Shown piece after piece: positions 9,937 through 18,930 of a stretch of 32,000 bases of DNA; the stretch's first letter is position 1; each line of letters starts with the position of its first letter. A program made the position numbers and the translations under genes. The stretch comes from Thermococcus kodakarensis KOD1 (lineage in GTDB: Archaea; Methanobacteriota_B; Thermococci; Thermococcales; Thermococcaceae), in the NCBI RefSeq assembly GCF_000009965.1, contig NC_006624.1, positions 1,920,001 to 1,952,000 of the forward strand, read 5' to 3'. The notes beneath the pieces were generated by a model. The model saw only the letters and a program-made list of their open reading frames with translations, was not told the DNA's origin and did no database searches.

Positions 9937-10284
9937 ATGAACGCTTACAGGGGATTGGCCATAATCTTCGGCTTCTATGCTCTTGGAGAGTTCACTAGCT
10001 CTGCCTTTAACCTACCTATCCCGGGGAGCGTCCTCGGCATGCTGTTTCTACTTGCGGCTTTAACTGCCGGTATTGTCCGGCTGGAATGGGTCGAGAACGA
10101 GGCCGAACTCTTCGTAAAGAACATGAGCGTTATGTTCATTCCTCCGGGGGTCGGGATAATACTCTACATCAGCCTCCTTAAGAGCCAGCTTATCCCGGTC
10201 GTGGGTGCCATCGTGGTCAGCTTTCTGGTCACATTGATCACGACGGCAAAGGTCGTTGAGCTTTTGAGGAGGGAAGGAAGGTGA
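9937..10284 (+). CDS. lrgA: CidA/LrgA family holin-like membrane protein
   Basis: 115 aa with four hydrophobic segments (MNAYRGLAIIFGFYALGEF...). Its stop overlaps the next gene's start (GTGA). The track ORF 9475.. is an N-terminal over-extension across the divergent promoter. Confidence 0.75.
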   Translation: MNAYRGLAIIFGFYALGEFTSSAFNLPIPGSVLGMLFLLAALTAGIVRLEWVENEAELFVKNMSVMFIPPGVGIILYISLLKSQLIPVVGAIVVSFLVTLITTAKVVELLRREGR

Positions 10285-10952
10285 ACCCTTACGGCATGGC
10301 CATAACCCTCGTAGTCTTCTACGTTTTTTCGGAGCTCCACGCGAGAAGGAAGGCCTTTTACACAAATCCTGTTCTCCTCTCAATAGCCACGATAGCGGCA
10401 TTTCTCTGGTTCGGCGGCTTTTCCTACGATTCCTACATGGAGAGCGCCGGGATACTTAAGTTCCTCCTCGGGCCGGCTGTGGTAAGCCTTGCCGTCCCCG
10501 TTTACAGGGGGCTTGATACAATCAAAGCGTACTGGAAGGAGATAGCAGCGGGAATAACGGTCGGTGGAACCGTTGCCATACTAAGTGCCTTCTACACGGC
10601 AGAGGTTCTCGGTGGGAGCAGTAATGTGCTCCTAAGCATAGCCCCCAAGAGTGTCACAACTGCAATAGCCATAGGAATCAGCGAAAAAATTGGTGGAATT
10701 CCCTCCCTTACGGCAGTCCTCGTTATTCTGACTGGAATACTCGGGAATGCGGTTGGACCGGAACTCCTGAACGTATTTCGAGTCAGGGACAGAGTGGCAA
10801 GGGGGCTGGCAATGGGGGTCACATCTCACGGCCTGGGAACGGCTAGGATTCTGCTGGAGGATGAGATTGCTGGGGGAGTTAGCGGGCTTGCGATGGCATT
10901 AAATGGTGTCTTTACCGCCCTCGTGCTTCCCTATCTCATCAAAATCCTCTAA
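10281..10952 (+). CDS. lrgB: LrgB family membrane protein
   Basis: 223-aa polytopic protein coupled to lrgA, with LrgB-like sequence (APKSVTTAIAIGISEKIGG, MGVTSHGLGTAR). Confidence 0.8.
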   Translation: MNPYGMAITLVVFYVFSELHARRKAFYTNPVLLSIATIAAFLWFGGFSYDSYMESAGILKFLLGPAVVSLAVPVYRGLDTIKAYWKEIAAGITVGGTVAILSAFYTAEVLGGSSNVLLSIAPKSVTTAIAIGISEKIGGIPSLTAVLVILTGILGNAVGPELLNVFRVRDRVARGLAMGVTSHGLGTARILLEDEIAGGVSGLAMALNGVFTALVLPYLIKIL

Positions 10953-11354
10953 GATGCACTCGCTAACGCGAAGCCTATCCTCCCTGTCCAGGAAGAGCGT
11001 GAAGTCCCTCTTGGCCAGCCTGTCATCTATTGGCGCATGTTCCACCAGAAACGCTATTATCTCTGCCGTGCTGTAGGGGACCTTCACTCCAAGCTCGTCG
11101 GCCTTCTTAAAGAGCTTCTCGGGAACCTGGAAGATGTCCTCACCCTTTTTGACCTCAACGCTTATCTTCGAGTTTATCTGCTCCCACAGGAGAAGAGTGT
11201 TCCTGGCTTTTTCAATCTTTTCAAGGGCCCTTCTTTCTAGAATGCTCACATTGGCCCTGCTCGTCCCGAGAATTTCGGCTATCTCGCTCTGTTTCAGCCC
11301 TTTGGCCCTAAGCTGGAGAACCCTAATCTGCTGCTCGGTTAAGAAGCTCTTCAT
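10899..11354 (-). CDS. tfx: Tfx family DNA-binding transcriptional regulator
   Basis: N-terminal HTH LTEQQIRVLQLRAKGLKQSEIAEILGTSRANVSILERRALEKI plus a Tfx C-terminal domain. The start is either ATG 11354 (MKSFL) or ATG 11366. The 3' end overlaps lrgB by 54 nt (convergent). Confidence 0.8.
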   Translation of the reverse strand: MKSFLTEQQIRVLQLRAKGLKQSEIAEILGTSRANVSILERRALEKIEKARNTLLLWEQINSKISVEVKKGEDIFQVPEKLFKKADELGVKVPYSTAEIIAFLVEHAPIDDRLAKRDFTLFLDREDRLRVSECILEDFDEIGKHEGGKDTI

Positions 11355-11407
11355 GGTAAGCACCATTAGTTAACAGAACGCTGGAAGTTAAAAGGTTTTT
11401 GAGAAGA

Positions 11408-11485
11408 TGGTGCGGTGGCCGGGATTTGAACCCGGGTTACCGGCTTGGGAGGCCGGTGTCCTAGACCAGGCTAGACTACCACCGC
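11408..11485 (-). tRNA. tRNA-Gly (anticodon CCC), CCA encoded
   Basis: Minus-strand read: GCGGTGGTAGTCTAGCCTGGTCTAGGACACCGGCCTCCCAAGCCGGTAACCCGGGTTCAAATCCCGGCCACCGCACCA. It has a 7-bp acceptor stem, anticodon stem CCGGC/GCCGG with loop CUCCCAA, and T loop TTCAAAT. Confidence 0.9.
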
Positions 11486-11655
11486 AGTCCAAGCCCGTAG
11501 TATAGAGGGATCGTGACTTTAAAAGCTTTACTCCACGTTTAAGTCCCTACCCGTCCGTGAGGCAGGATTTTGTCTCGTTTCCATCAACAAAGTTTTCAAA
11601 TCGCCCGAACGGTAGAGTTTTTAAGAGCCCCGCTGAAAGCCCATCGGTGGTGTCA

Positions 11656-12291
11656 ATGCCTTACCTGATAATCGAGCACCTTGAGGATATTAGTGATTGG
11701 CTGTGGCTCGAGTACTCTCACGTCGCCCAGTGGTGGGGGGATAAGCTCATCTTTACCAACGTCCGCGAGGATGAGAGGGAGAGGCTGGCGAAGCTTGGGA
11801 GCGTCATCACAGAGAGCGTCACGAAGTTCCCCTTCGACCGTTCAAAACTCATCGTTCTTGACCTCCAGGCTGAGGAGGAGCTGAAGCCCGAAGACATAGA
11901 GGAGGACACCATGATAGTGGTCGGCGGAATCCTCGGAGATGCAGTTCCACGCGGAAGGACGAGGGAGTTCATAACCTCAAAGATGGAAGGCGTTAAAGTC
12001 AGGCACATCGGAAAACCTCAGTATTCAATAGACGGCGCCTCGATAGTTGCTAAGCTCATAGCGGACGGAAAACGGCTGGAGGAAATCGAGTACGAGGAGC
12101 ACCCCACGATAAAGCTCGACGAGTTCAGTGAAATAACGCTCCACTACGCGGTGCCGAAGCTGGACGGAAAGCTCCTCCTGACGCCGGGCCTCATAGACCT
12201 CCAGAAGAGGGAGCTTGGATACACTGAAGCCGACGATGAGATAAGCGACGAGGAGCTGATCGAGTTCTTTGAGGGAAAGAGGGAGCTTTGA
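11656..12291 (+). CDS. SPOUT-class SAM-dependent methyltransferase, SFM1/DUF431-like
   Basis: The N-terminus MPYLIIEHLEDISDWLWLEYSH and the motif VVGGILGDAVPRGRTREF resemble my memory of yeast SFM1 (MKYIIEHMEE..., GGILGDHPPRDRTKEL). ATG 11656 is preceded by GGTGGTG. The track ORF starts spuriously at 11557. Confidence 0.6.
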   Translation: MPYLIIEHLEDISDWLWLEYSHVAQWWGDKLIFTNVREDERERLAKLGSVITESVTKFPFDRSKLIVLDLQAEEELKPEDIEEDTMIVVGGILGDAVPRGRTREFITSKMEGVKVRHIGKPQYSIDGASIVAKLIADGKRLEEIEYEEHPTIKLDEFSEITLHYAVPKLDGKLLLTPGLIDLQKRELGYTEADDEISDEELIEFFEGKREL

Positions 12292-12588
12292 TTACTTTCC
12301 CCACTCCTCGGCCAGCGATTCTATCTCTCTCCACACCCCCTTCCTATCGGCTTTATCAACGACCAAAAAGACCTCCTGAACGCTTCCATCGCTCTTGGCG
12401 ACGAGCTTTAAACCCGTCTGAGTCTCCCTAGTGACCTTTATCTCGAAACCTCTGGAGTCGCTCGCGTATATCCTACCCGGGATTACCTTTTTCACTCCAG
12501 GGATTCTGGCTATCTCTTCCAGCGGCTTCTCTAGGCCCTTGAGAAAGTGGTGCTCCCTCTTCACTCCGCGCTTGAAGTGCTTGGGCAT
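12292..12588 (-). CDS. hypothetical protein (about 98-102 aa)
   Basis: Clean ORF that abuts the stop of the convergent gene with 0 nt spacing. The start is ATG 12588 or GTG 12600. The TATA-like element TATCTAAAAA lies about 25 nt upstream, which suggests a leaderless mRNA. Confidence 0.5.
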   Translation of the reverse strand: MPKHFKRGVKREHHFLKGLEKPLEEIARIPGVKKVIPGRIYASDSRGFEIKVTRETQTGLKLVAKSDGSVQEVFLVVDKADRKGVWREIESLAEEWGK

Positions 12589-12669
12589 GTTGGAAAACAC
12601 GCAAGTGGGATTTTTAGATATTGCGCAACGCTTAAGTCATGTGCACTCTAAAAATATGCGGGGGAGATT

Positions 12670-12942
12670 ATGGAAGAAGTCTGGATACTGAAGGAGTTTG
12701 AGAAGGTTGCCCAGCTTATGCCTAAGAGGGCCGTATCCCTGATAAAACAAGACAGGGAGCTCTTCATGGAGATCGTGATTTCTGCATACATTGATGGACT
12801 CATAAGCCTTGGAAAAGCTGCAGAAGTCCTTGGAGTTACCAGGGAGGAAGTTATTGAAGAGTTCAAGCGCAGGGGGATCCCCATAAGAACGCCGGACAGA
12901 GACGACGTTGCTTCCGAGGTGGAGGCGATAGAGTGTTTGTAG
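12670..12942 (+). CDS. UPF0175-family antitoxin-like protein
   Basis: 90 aa. The C-terminal HTH-like segment ISLGKAAEVLGVTREEVIEEFKRRGIP is typical of UPF0175. It overlaps the downstream PIN-like gene by 10 nt. Confidence 0.7.
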   Translation: MEEVWILKEFEKVAQLMPKRAVSLIKQDRELFMEIVISAYIDGLISLGKAAEVLGVTREEVIEEFKRRGIPIRTPDRDDVASEVEAIECL

Positions 12943-13415
12943 TGGACACCACAGTTATTTCGAACTTTGCCAAAACAGGACATCTCGACCTTCTGGAGGT
13001 TATCTTAGGCGATAAAGGCACCACAACGGTTCAAGTGATGGAAGAATTTGAGGTTGGAATAAAGCGAGGGAAGTACCCAAACCTCGAAATTCCACTAAAC
13101 GTCATCGAGCTTACCGAGGAGGAAAGAGAGCTCTACACCTTGCTCAATCAAAGTCTCGGAAAAGGAGAGGCATCCTGCATAGCCGTTGCAAAGTTTAGGG
13201 GTGGAATTATGCTCAGCGATGACTACGACGCAAGGAAGAAAGCTAGACTGCTAGGTGTTAAGGTTTCTGGCACCATTGGAGTCCTCGTACTTGGCGTTAG
13301 AAAAGGAGTCCTTGAGCTGGAGGACGCAAACGGCCTCCTGAATGAAATGATCAAGAAGGGCTTTTATTCTCCAATAAAGAGACTTGAAGAAGTCATACCC
13401 TCTTCCTCACCTTAA
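12933..13415 (+). CDS. PIN-like nuclease toxin (DUF3368/COG2405-type)
   Basis: Begins MFVVDTTVISNF (the first acidic PIN residue sits in the VVDT context). Later come GEASCIAVA and LSDDYDARKKA. It is paired with UPF0175. GTG start at 12933. Confidence 0.7.
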   Translation: MFVVDTTVISNFAKTGHLDLLEVILGDKGTTTVQVMEEFEVGIKRGKYPNLEIPLNVIELTEEERELYTLLNQSLGKGEASCIAVAKFRGGIMLSDDYDARKKARLLGVKVSGTIGVLVLGVRKGVLELEDANGLLNEMIKKGFYSPIKRLEEVIPSSSP

Positions 13416-15099
13416 CGGCCACTCCCTTCTTCGCCCTGACCATCTCCTCGCCGCTGAGGACTGCCTTCCCTACGCCGACTACCTTTTCATCCCTGACTAT
13501 GCCGACTATGTCATCGGGCCTTATCCTCGGGTCAGCTTCTTCAACGCCGACAGCGAAGACGTCTCCTCTCAGCTCGAAGTCTATCTTCACCCAGTATGAC
13601 TTGAGTGCATCGTATATCCTCTGCATTCCGTAGGGAGTTACGCTTATCACGCCGTCGGTGAAAGTTCCGGTCTGCTGGCCCTCAACGAAGATGCGTAGCA
13701 TCTTTGAGCCCTTAACCTGTCCGTTCTCAGGAAGAATGGCCTCTCCAGCACCGACGCCGAAGTAGAAGTCGAAGACCTTCCTGATGTTCTCGAAGTAGCG
13801 ATAAGTCCTGTCCTCCTTTGTCCCCTCAATCTGGAACTCCCTCAGGGTCTCGGTGAGTGAGCGGAGGCTTTCGTGACTCGTCGTCCCGTTTTTGACGTCC
13901 GTGAAGATTATCTCCCTTCCGGAGAGCTCGGAAGCGAGCTTCGCTATCTCAACGTAGGCCTCATCGAGGTGAGCTACTATCGGGATGTCCTCCGGGTACT
14001 TCTCGAGCGTCTTGGCCAGGAGTTCAGCGGCGGGCTTTATCTCCTCCTCGCTCCAGTGGCCGGTGACTACTATGTCATACTTGGCCAGCCACTCCCACTC
14101 CCTCGGGACGACGCCGAAGGGTGAAGTCAGTATCAGCTCGTGAACCTTGGAGGTTCCCGAACCGAGTGCCTCTTTCACGGCCCTTCTGTAAAGGGTGTGG
14201 CTCCTTGAGAAGGAGTAGGGTTTTTTCGCGGAGCAAGGGAAGAGCAGGAGGAGTTCAACGTTCTTGGGCGGTGTGAAGCGCTCAAGCACGCGCTCGTGCC
14301 ACCTTTTGACCTCGGGCCTTCTGATGGATGCATCGCTGATGAAATATACCGTCTCCTTCTGGATTGGAGTGTATTTCTCAAGATAATCTGGGTGCTCAAG
14401 GTCCGCTATTCTCAGAATTCCAGCGTTGTACTGGGTCGGAAAGAAGTTTTCTACTAGATACCTCAGCTTGCCCTCTTCAAGGGCCTTCCTCACGAGCAGT
14501 ATGACTTCGCGGGCGAAGTCGAGGGAGTTGGGCTCGTTGCTCCAAAGGAATGGAGAGAACTGGGTGAATCCCTTACCCTCGAAGTCGTAGAGCTTGAGAG
14601 AGCGGGTATCGAAGGCATCAATGCCAAGATAAACCGCCAGCGGGTAGAAGAACGGCTCAAGGTCGGCTATAATCATGACGTTCGGGAACCTCTCGCGGAG
14701 TTCCCTTAAAATCCTCACGAAGTAGCGGTACTCCTTGATTAGAATTTTCGAGTTGCCGAGGTAGACGGCATCGAAATTGTGTCTATCTATAATCTTGAAG
14801 AACTCCTCAAGGTACTCCGTTCTTCTCAGGGCAGGAAGGTAGAAGGCGTTGAAGCCATCGTAGTTTACACTCCACAGCCTCCCGATGGCCTTCTGGATTA
14901 CCTCATCGGGAGTGTAGAACCCGAGAGGTATCGAGGGAGCGAGGTTGAAGTCGTACTCGCCCGGCTCTTTGGGATGGAAGAAGGAGTTGAAGGGAGACAG
15001 GGTAAAGTCTATCCCGACTAACGCGGGAGTTCTGAAGGAATAATCCCCTAGCCTGACTACCCCAAGCCTTCCGGGTCCTTCGTGTTTGATGACTTCCAT
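13393..15099 (-). CDS. arcS: archaeosine synthase ArcS (TGT-like N-domain, C-terminal PUA domain)
   Basis: 568 aa. N-terminus MEVIKHEGPGRLGVVRLGDYSFRTPAL; C-terminal PUA-like VFAVGVEEADPRIRPDDIVGIVRDEKVVGVGKAVLSGEEM. Size and position fit my recollection of TK2156. Confidence 0.75.
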   Translation of the reverse strand: MEVIKHEGPGRLGVVRLGDYSFRTPALVGIDFTLSPFNSFFHPKEPGEYDFNLAPSIPLGFYTPDEVIQKAIGRLWSVNYDGFNAFYLPALRRTEYLEEFFKIIDRHNFDAVYLGNSKILIKEYRYFVRILRELRERFPNVMIIADLEPFFYPLAVYLGIDAFDTRSLKLYDFEGKGFTQFSPFLWSNEPNSLDFAREVILLVRKALEEGKLRYLVENFFPTQYNAGILRIADLEHPDYLEKYTPIQKETVYFISDASIRRPEVKRWHERVLERFTPPKNVELLLLFPCSAKKPYSFSRSHTLYRRAVKEALGSGTSKVHELILTSPFGVVPREWEWLAKYDIVVTGHWSEEEIKPAAELLAKTLEKYPEDIPIVAHLDEAYVEIAKLASELSGREIIFTDVKNGTTSHESLRSLTETLREFQIEGTKEDRTYRYFENIRKVFDFYFGVGAGEAILPENGQVKGSKMLRIFVEGQQTGTFTDGVISVTPYGMQRIYDALKSYWVKIDFELRGDVFAVGVEEADPRIRPDDIVGIVRDEKVVGVGKAVLSGEEMVRAKKGVAVKVRKRV

Positions 15100-15108
15100 A
15101 GCGATTCC

Positions 15109-16014
15109 TCAGACGAGGTTGTACCTCTGCAGGAGCAGGAGCTCGTCGAGGGTGAGCTTCTCGCCGCGCTTGAACTTCTCGAGGGCTTCAACTGCCTTCT
15201 CGAAGTTGGCGTCCTTCTTGGCGCGCATCTTGGCGACAAGACGGTAGGCGATGAGCTCCTTGTGCTTCTCGTCGTACTCCCTGATCTTCCTCTCGATCTC
15301 CCTGAGCTGCTTCCTGGCTTCCCTGACCTTCTCGCGGAGCTCGACGACCTTCTGGTGGTACTCGTCGGCCTCTTTCTTGACCTCGTCAGCCTTGTTGAAG
15401 GCCTGAATCATCTGCTCGTGGAACTGCTGGCTCTGGTTGGCGAGCTTCTGTATCTCAAGGCTGATGGCTTTCCTGGCCTTCTTGAGCTGGTCTACCTTTT
15501 TCCTCGTCTCAACGAGCTTCTTGTGGAACCTCTCAGCCTGCTGGATGATCTCAAGCTCGGTCGCGAGAACCTGTATTTGGTCAACGATCTGCTTCTCCCT
15601 CTCTGGAGTTATGTTCGGGTTGGTCTGGAGCTCCCACTCAAGCTTCTCGATCCTCTCCTGTATCCTCTCGGGGGACATCTTGAGCCTCCTGAGCTGGTTG
15701 TACTCGTTTCTCTTGGTCTTGTACTCGAGTATTTCCTGGTAGAGGAGGTCAAGCTTGGCGTTGATCTCCTCGCGGTTCTTCTTAAGCTCCTGTATCTTCT
15801 GGTTTATTTCATCCCTCTTCGCCTTGTACTCGCGCCCCTTCTGGCGGAGCTGCTGTACTTCCTTGTTCTTTTCATCCCTCTTTTGAATCCAGACCTGGAG
15901 CTCCTTTTCGAGCTCATCCAGTTTGGCCCTGATCTCGTTTCTCTCCTTTTCCAGGGCCTCAATCTCCCTCTTGATCCTCTTAATTTCCTCTGGGTCTACT
16001 TTAACCGTTGTCAT
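15109..16014 (-). CDS. coiled-coil protein (COG1340-like), probably co-transcribed with arcS
   Basis: 301 aa of heptad-rich K/E/R/L/Q sequence. Its stop lies 9 nt from the arcS start. Confidence 0.7.
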   Translation of the reverse strand: MTTVKVDPEEIKRIKREIEALEKERNEIRAKLDELEKELQVWIQKRDEKNKEVQQLRQKGREYKAKRDEINQKIQELKKNREEINAKLDLLYQEILEYKTKRNEYNQLRRLKMSPERIQERIEKLEWELQTNPNITPEREKQIVDQIQVLATELEIIQQAERFHKKLVETRKKVDQLKKARKAISLEIQKLANQSQQFHEQMIQAFNKADEVKKEADEYHQKVVELREKVREARKQLREIERKIREYDEKHKELIAYRLVAKMRAKKDANFEKAVEALEKFKRGEKLTLDELLLLQRYNLV

Positions 16015-16251
16015 CTCTCTTACCCCTCTCCCTTTTTAGAACAGCTCTGTTCACTTCGGACATCTGGACTGGAAATTGAGAGAGTAAATAAAAACTTTTT
16101 GGATGATTCGGCGGTATTGTCTTGAGCACGATAGATTCGTTTCCCTTTTGTTTGATGTAGCCAACTCTGTAACAGCGAATTCTACAAAAGTCTTCAAAAA
16201 CATTCAAAATTGAGACAGAATAATGGTAAAACAAAAAACTTTGCTCCAAAT

Positions 16252-17199
16252 TCACTCCCGTACAACCTGCGTCCCCGTCTTCCCCTCAAGCGCCTCGACG
16301 GCCCTGTCAAGGGAAGCTATTACTGCCCTCTCGCCTCCCCACTCAACGAACCTTATCGCGGCAAGAACCTTCGGCCCCATGCTTCCCTTCTTGAAGTGGC
16401 CCTCTTTGTAATAGCGCTTCAGCTCGTCCACGGTTACCTTCCCGAGCCACTTCTCATCGGGCTTTCCGTAGTTTATTGCCGCGCCGTTCACGTCCGTGAG
16501 TATCATGAAGATATCCGCTTTAACCTCTTCAGCCAGCTTTTCACCGGCTAAATCTTTGTCTATAACCGCCTCAACGCCCTTAAGCTCTCCATTCTCCTCA
16601 ATCACTGGGACGCCACCGCCGCCGCTCGCTATGACGATGAAGCCCTTCTCGACGAGGTCAACTATGACCGGAGCCTCTACGTGCCCCTTCGGGTCGGGAC
16701 TCGGAACTACCCTCCTCCAGCCCCTCCCGGCGTCTTCTATAACCGTCCAGCCCTTTTCCTTTGCTAGCTTCTTGGCAGTCTCCTCGTCGTAGAACGGGCC
16801 GACCGGCTTGCTCGGGTTCTGGAAGGCTGGGTCGTTCTTGTCAACGATGGTCTGGGTTACTATCGTTGCGACGGGCTTCTCGACCCCTCTCTTCCTAAGC
16901 TCGTTTATGAGCGCCTGGCCGATCATGTAGCCTATCTGCCCCTGGGTCATCGCTCCAGCGACGTCCATAGGCTGGGCTGGGATGCCGTAGACCTGCTGGC
17001 CAGCGTCCATGTGGAGAAGGAGCGCACCAACCTGTGGACCGTTTCCGTGGGTGATAACGACTTCATAATCGCCGTCAAGGATTATGTCAGCGATCTGCTT
17101 GGCAGTCCTCCTCACGTTCTCCATCTGCTCCTCGTAAGTCCCCTTCTGGCCTCGCTGGAGTATGGCGTTCCCGCCCAAGGCTATGACAACTCTCTTCAT
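16252..17199 (-). CDS. arcC: carbamate kinase
   Basis: [12 protein letters not shown]..., THGNGPQVG, and GGGGVPV in the C-terminal half. 315 aa. GGAGGTGA SD upstream. Confidence 0.9.
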   Translation of the reverse strand: MKRVVIALGGNAILQRGQKGTYEEQMENVRRTAKQIADIILDGDYEVVITHGNGPQVGALLLHMDAGQQVYGIPAQPMDVAGAMTQGQIGYMIGQALINELRKRGVEKPVATIVTQTIVDKNDPAFQNPSKPVGPFYDEETAKKLAKEKGWTVIEDAGRGWRRVVPSPDPKGHVEAPVIVDLVEKGFIVIASGGGGVPVIEENGELKGVEAVIDKDLAGEKLAEEVKADIFMILTDVNGAAINYGKPDEKWLGKVTVDELKRYYKEGHFKKGSMGPKVLAAIRFVEWGGERAVIASLDRAVEALEGKTGTQVVRE

Positions 17200-17328
17200 G
17201 CTCTCACCTCCAGGGATGACTAATTACGCTCACTGGCATAAAAACGTTCGTTAGGCTTCACTCATGTTCACTTGAATAAGGTTCGGGAAAGATGCCAACC
17301 ACTCTACAAATGTAAAGAAAAGTGCCGC

Positions 17329-18591
17329 TCAGAGGTACCATTCGGAAAAGCTTCCAAGTCCGAGCCTTTCAAGGGTCTTCATGACACCGAGGGCTATACC
17401 CTCGACCTCTATCCCGCCGGGTAGCTTGTAGGCATCGCCGACGATGTAGATATCCTGAATCGGGAAGTCCTCAACGGCCTGCCCGCTGGCGACCCTGTTG
17501 ACAGGATTTCCGTCGAGGTAGGTCTGGATGAGCAGGATCTCGCCCTCTTCATCGAGGTTAGGGAAGATTCTGTAAATGTCGTCTATGCCCTTCTTCTGCT
17601 CCTCCTTAACGTTCCTGCTCTGAAGGGCATGGTGGAGCATTATGAGGGTGTATCCCTCTGGAGCGAGCTCCGGGCTTAGAGCTGTTGGCTCATTATAGCC
17701 GTTTATTCTCTCAGTATCGAGAGTGAAAACGACGGTGTTCCCGATCCTTGATTCTCCTTTCAGGGCGACGTTGTACTTTATCCCCTCGCTCGGCTTCAGA
17801 GACTCAACGTGCCTGAGGTATTCCCTATCGAAATTCTCCCTTCCGAGGAGCTCAACGGTCTCCTTGATGCCGATGTTCGAGATAAGGACATCGTAAGGAA
17901 ACTCCTCGTTGTCGGCCGTCACCACCTTCTTTGCCTCGGCATCGACTTCAACGGCCTTCTTCCCCGTCAATATTTTTCCGCCGTTTTCCACCACAATTCT
18001 CGCAAGCTCGTCGGTTAAGGCCTTACAGCCGCCTCTGACGAGTCCAGGGCCGCCCCACTTTAGGGCCGCTTTAATCTCCCTGGCCAGCTCTCCAGCAGGT
18101 ACATCCAGCACGCTGTCGGCCCAGCCGAGGAAGCTCTTGATGAAGAGGTCGGTGAACTCGTTGTCGCCTATCTTTTCCTTAATCCACCCGCGCCCGCTCA
18201 TCTCGGCCTCTTCTCCGGTCGGGAGCTTGTTTCTCTTTATGTCCGCCATCAGTTTCATCGCCCTGGCTTTCTCCTTCCAGCCGAGGTACTTCCAGCCCTC
18301 GCGGTAGTGGAAGGTCTTGCCCTCGTAGAAGATCATGCCCTTTGGGTTGGAGTTCACTATGGTGACGTTCGCACCGAGGAGTTTTAGGAGGTGTGCCAGT
18401 GGGCCGTCTTCGCCGTGAGGGAGCATGTGAAAGGCTCCCGTTGAGAGGCCGAAGCCCTTGTAATTCAGATTTGTGAAGCGGCCGCCGATATAAGGAGCTT
18501 TTTCAAGAACCGTGACATCGTAGCCTTTCCTGGCTAGAAATCCAGCTGTCAAAAGCCCGCCGATTCCAGAGCCAATAACCACTGCCCTCAT
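17329..18591 (-). CDS. NAD(P)/FAD-dependent oxidoreductase, phytoene-desaturase-like (COG1233)
   Basis: Rossmann dinucleotide motif at the N-terminus, MRAVVIGSGIGGLLTAGFLARKGYDVTVLEK. ATG 18591 is preceded by GGTGGT. The track start at 18669 is an over-extension into the AT-rich spacer. Confidence 0.75.
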   Translation of the reverse strand: MRAVVIGSGIGGLLTAGFLARKGYDVTVLEKAPYIGGRFTNLNYKGFGLSTGAFHMLPHGEDGPLAHLLKLLGANVTIVNSNPKGMIFYEGKTFHYREGWKYLGWKEKARAMKLMADIKRNKLPTGEEAEMSGRGWIKEKIGDNEFTDLFIKSFLGWADSVLDVPAGELAREIKAALKWGGPGLVRGGCKALTDELARIVVENGGKILTGKKAVEVDAEAKKVVTADNEEFPYDVLISNIGIKETVELLGRENFDREYLRHVESLKPSEGIKYNVALKGESRIGNTVVFTLDTERINGYNEPTALSPELAPEGYTLIMLHHALQSRNVKEEQKKGIDDIYRIFPNLDEEGEILLIQTYLDGNPVNRVASGQAVEDFPIQDIYIVGDAYKLPGGIEVEGIALGVMKTLERLGLGSFSEWYL

Positions 18592-18760
18592 TCTACCACC
18601 TGAAATGCCAAGGGTGAGGAAAAATATAAGGGTTTGGCCGTTGTATGGATGTACAACTCCTTTACTCATGCTTCTTTTGATCCGTTCTAAGAAGAAAACT
18701 TAAGTTTTAATAATTTTATACCTCAAAAAGAGAATAAAATATGGTTAGCAAAAACAAATA

Positions 18761-18776
18761 GAAAAATTTATAAATA
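18761..18776 (+). promoter_or_regulatory. BRE/TATA promoter of the small peptide gene
   Basis: The sequence gaaaaaTTTATAAATA is a purine-rich BRE followed by a near-consensus TATA. It lies about 45 nt upstream of GTG 18821, so a start site near 18800 would include the SD. Confidence 0.6.
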
Positions 18777-18820
18777 TAAGTTGTTCAAAATATATTGCAA
18801 AAACTTAAGGAGGTGATAAC

Positions 18821-18925
18821 GTGGAGGAATTGATTGTGCTAGAGAGGGGAGCATTCGGCTTCAACGAGCCAAACTTTTTCATCTGCGGGAGCTTCTGTAA
18901 CCCTGTGAAGGATAACCCGAACTGA
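18821..18925 (+). CDS. candidate RiPP precursor peptide, 34 aa: MEELIVLERGAFGFNEPNFFICGSFCNPVKDNPN
   Basis: Below the ORF-track length cutoff and found by hand. GGAGGTGA at 18809..18816 lies 4 nt before GTG 18821. TGA at 18923..18925. Two Cys in the C-terminal half. An oligo-T tract follows directly. The next gene is an rSAM/SPASM enzyme with an N-terminal extension. Confidence 0.6.
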   Translation: MEELIVLERGAFGFNEPNFFICGSFCNPVKDNPN

Positions 18926-18930
18926 TGGGG

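Noticed and set aside
10899-10952. Convergent 3' overlaps (lrgB/tfx 54 nt; PIN toxin/arcS 23 nt at 13393..13415; PAPS-reductase-like/protease 47 nt at 29153..29199)
   Set aside because: Several compact archaeal genomes show such overlaps, and ORF ends simply run to the first stop. I have no evidence of antisense regulation, so they are recorded only as a packing feature.
15082-16125. 347-aa plus-strand ORF opposite the coiled-coil gene
   Set aside because: It is Leu-rich (LLELL... repeats), which is the complement of the K/E/Q heptads. It is a mirror artefact of the real minus-strand coiled-coil protein.
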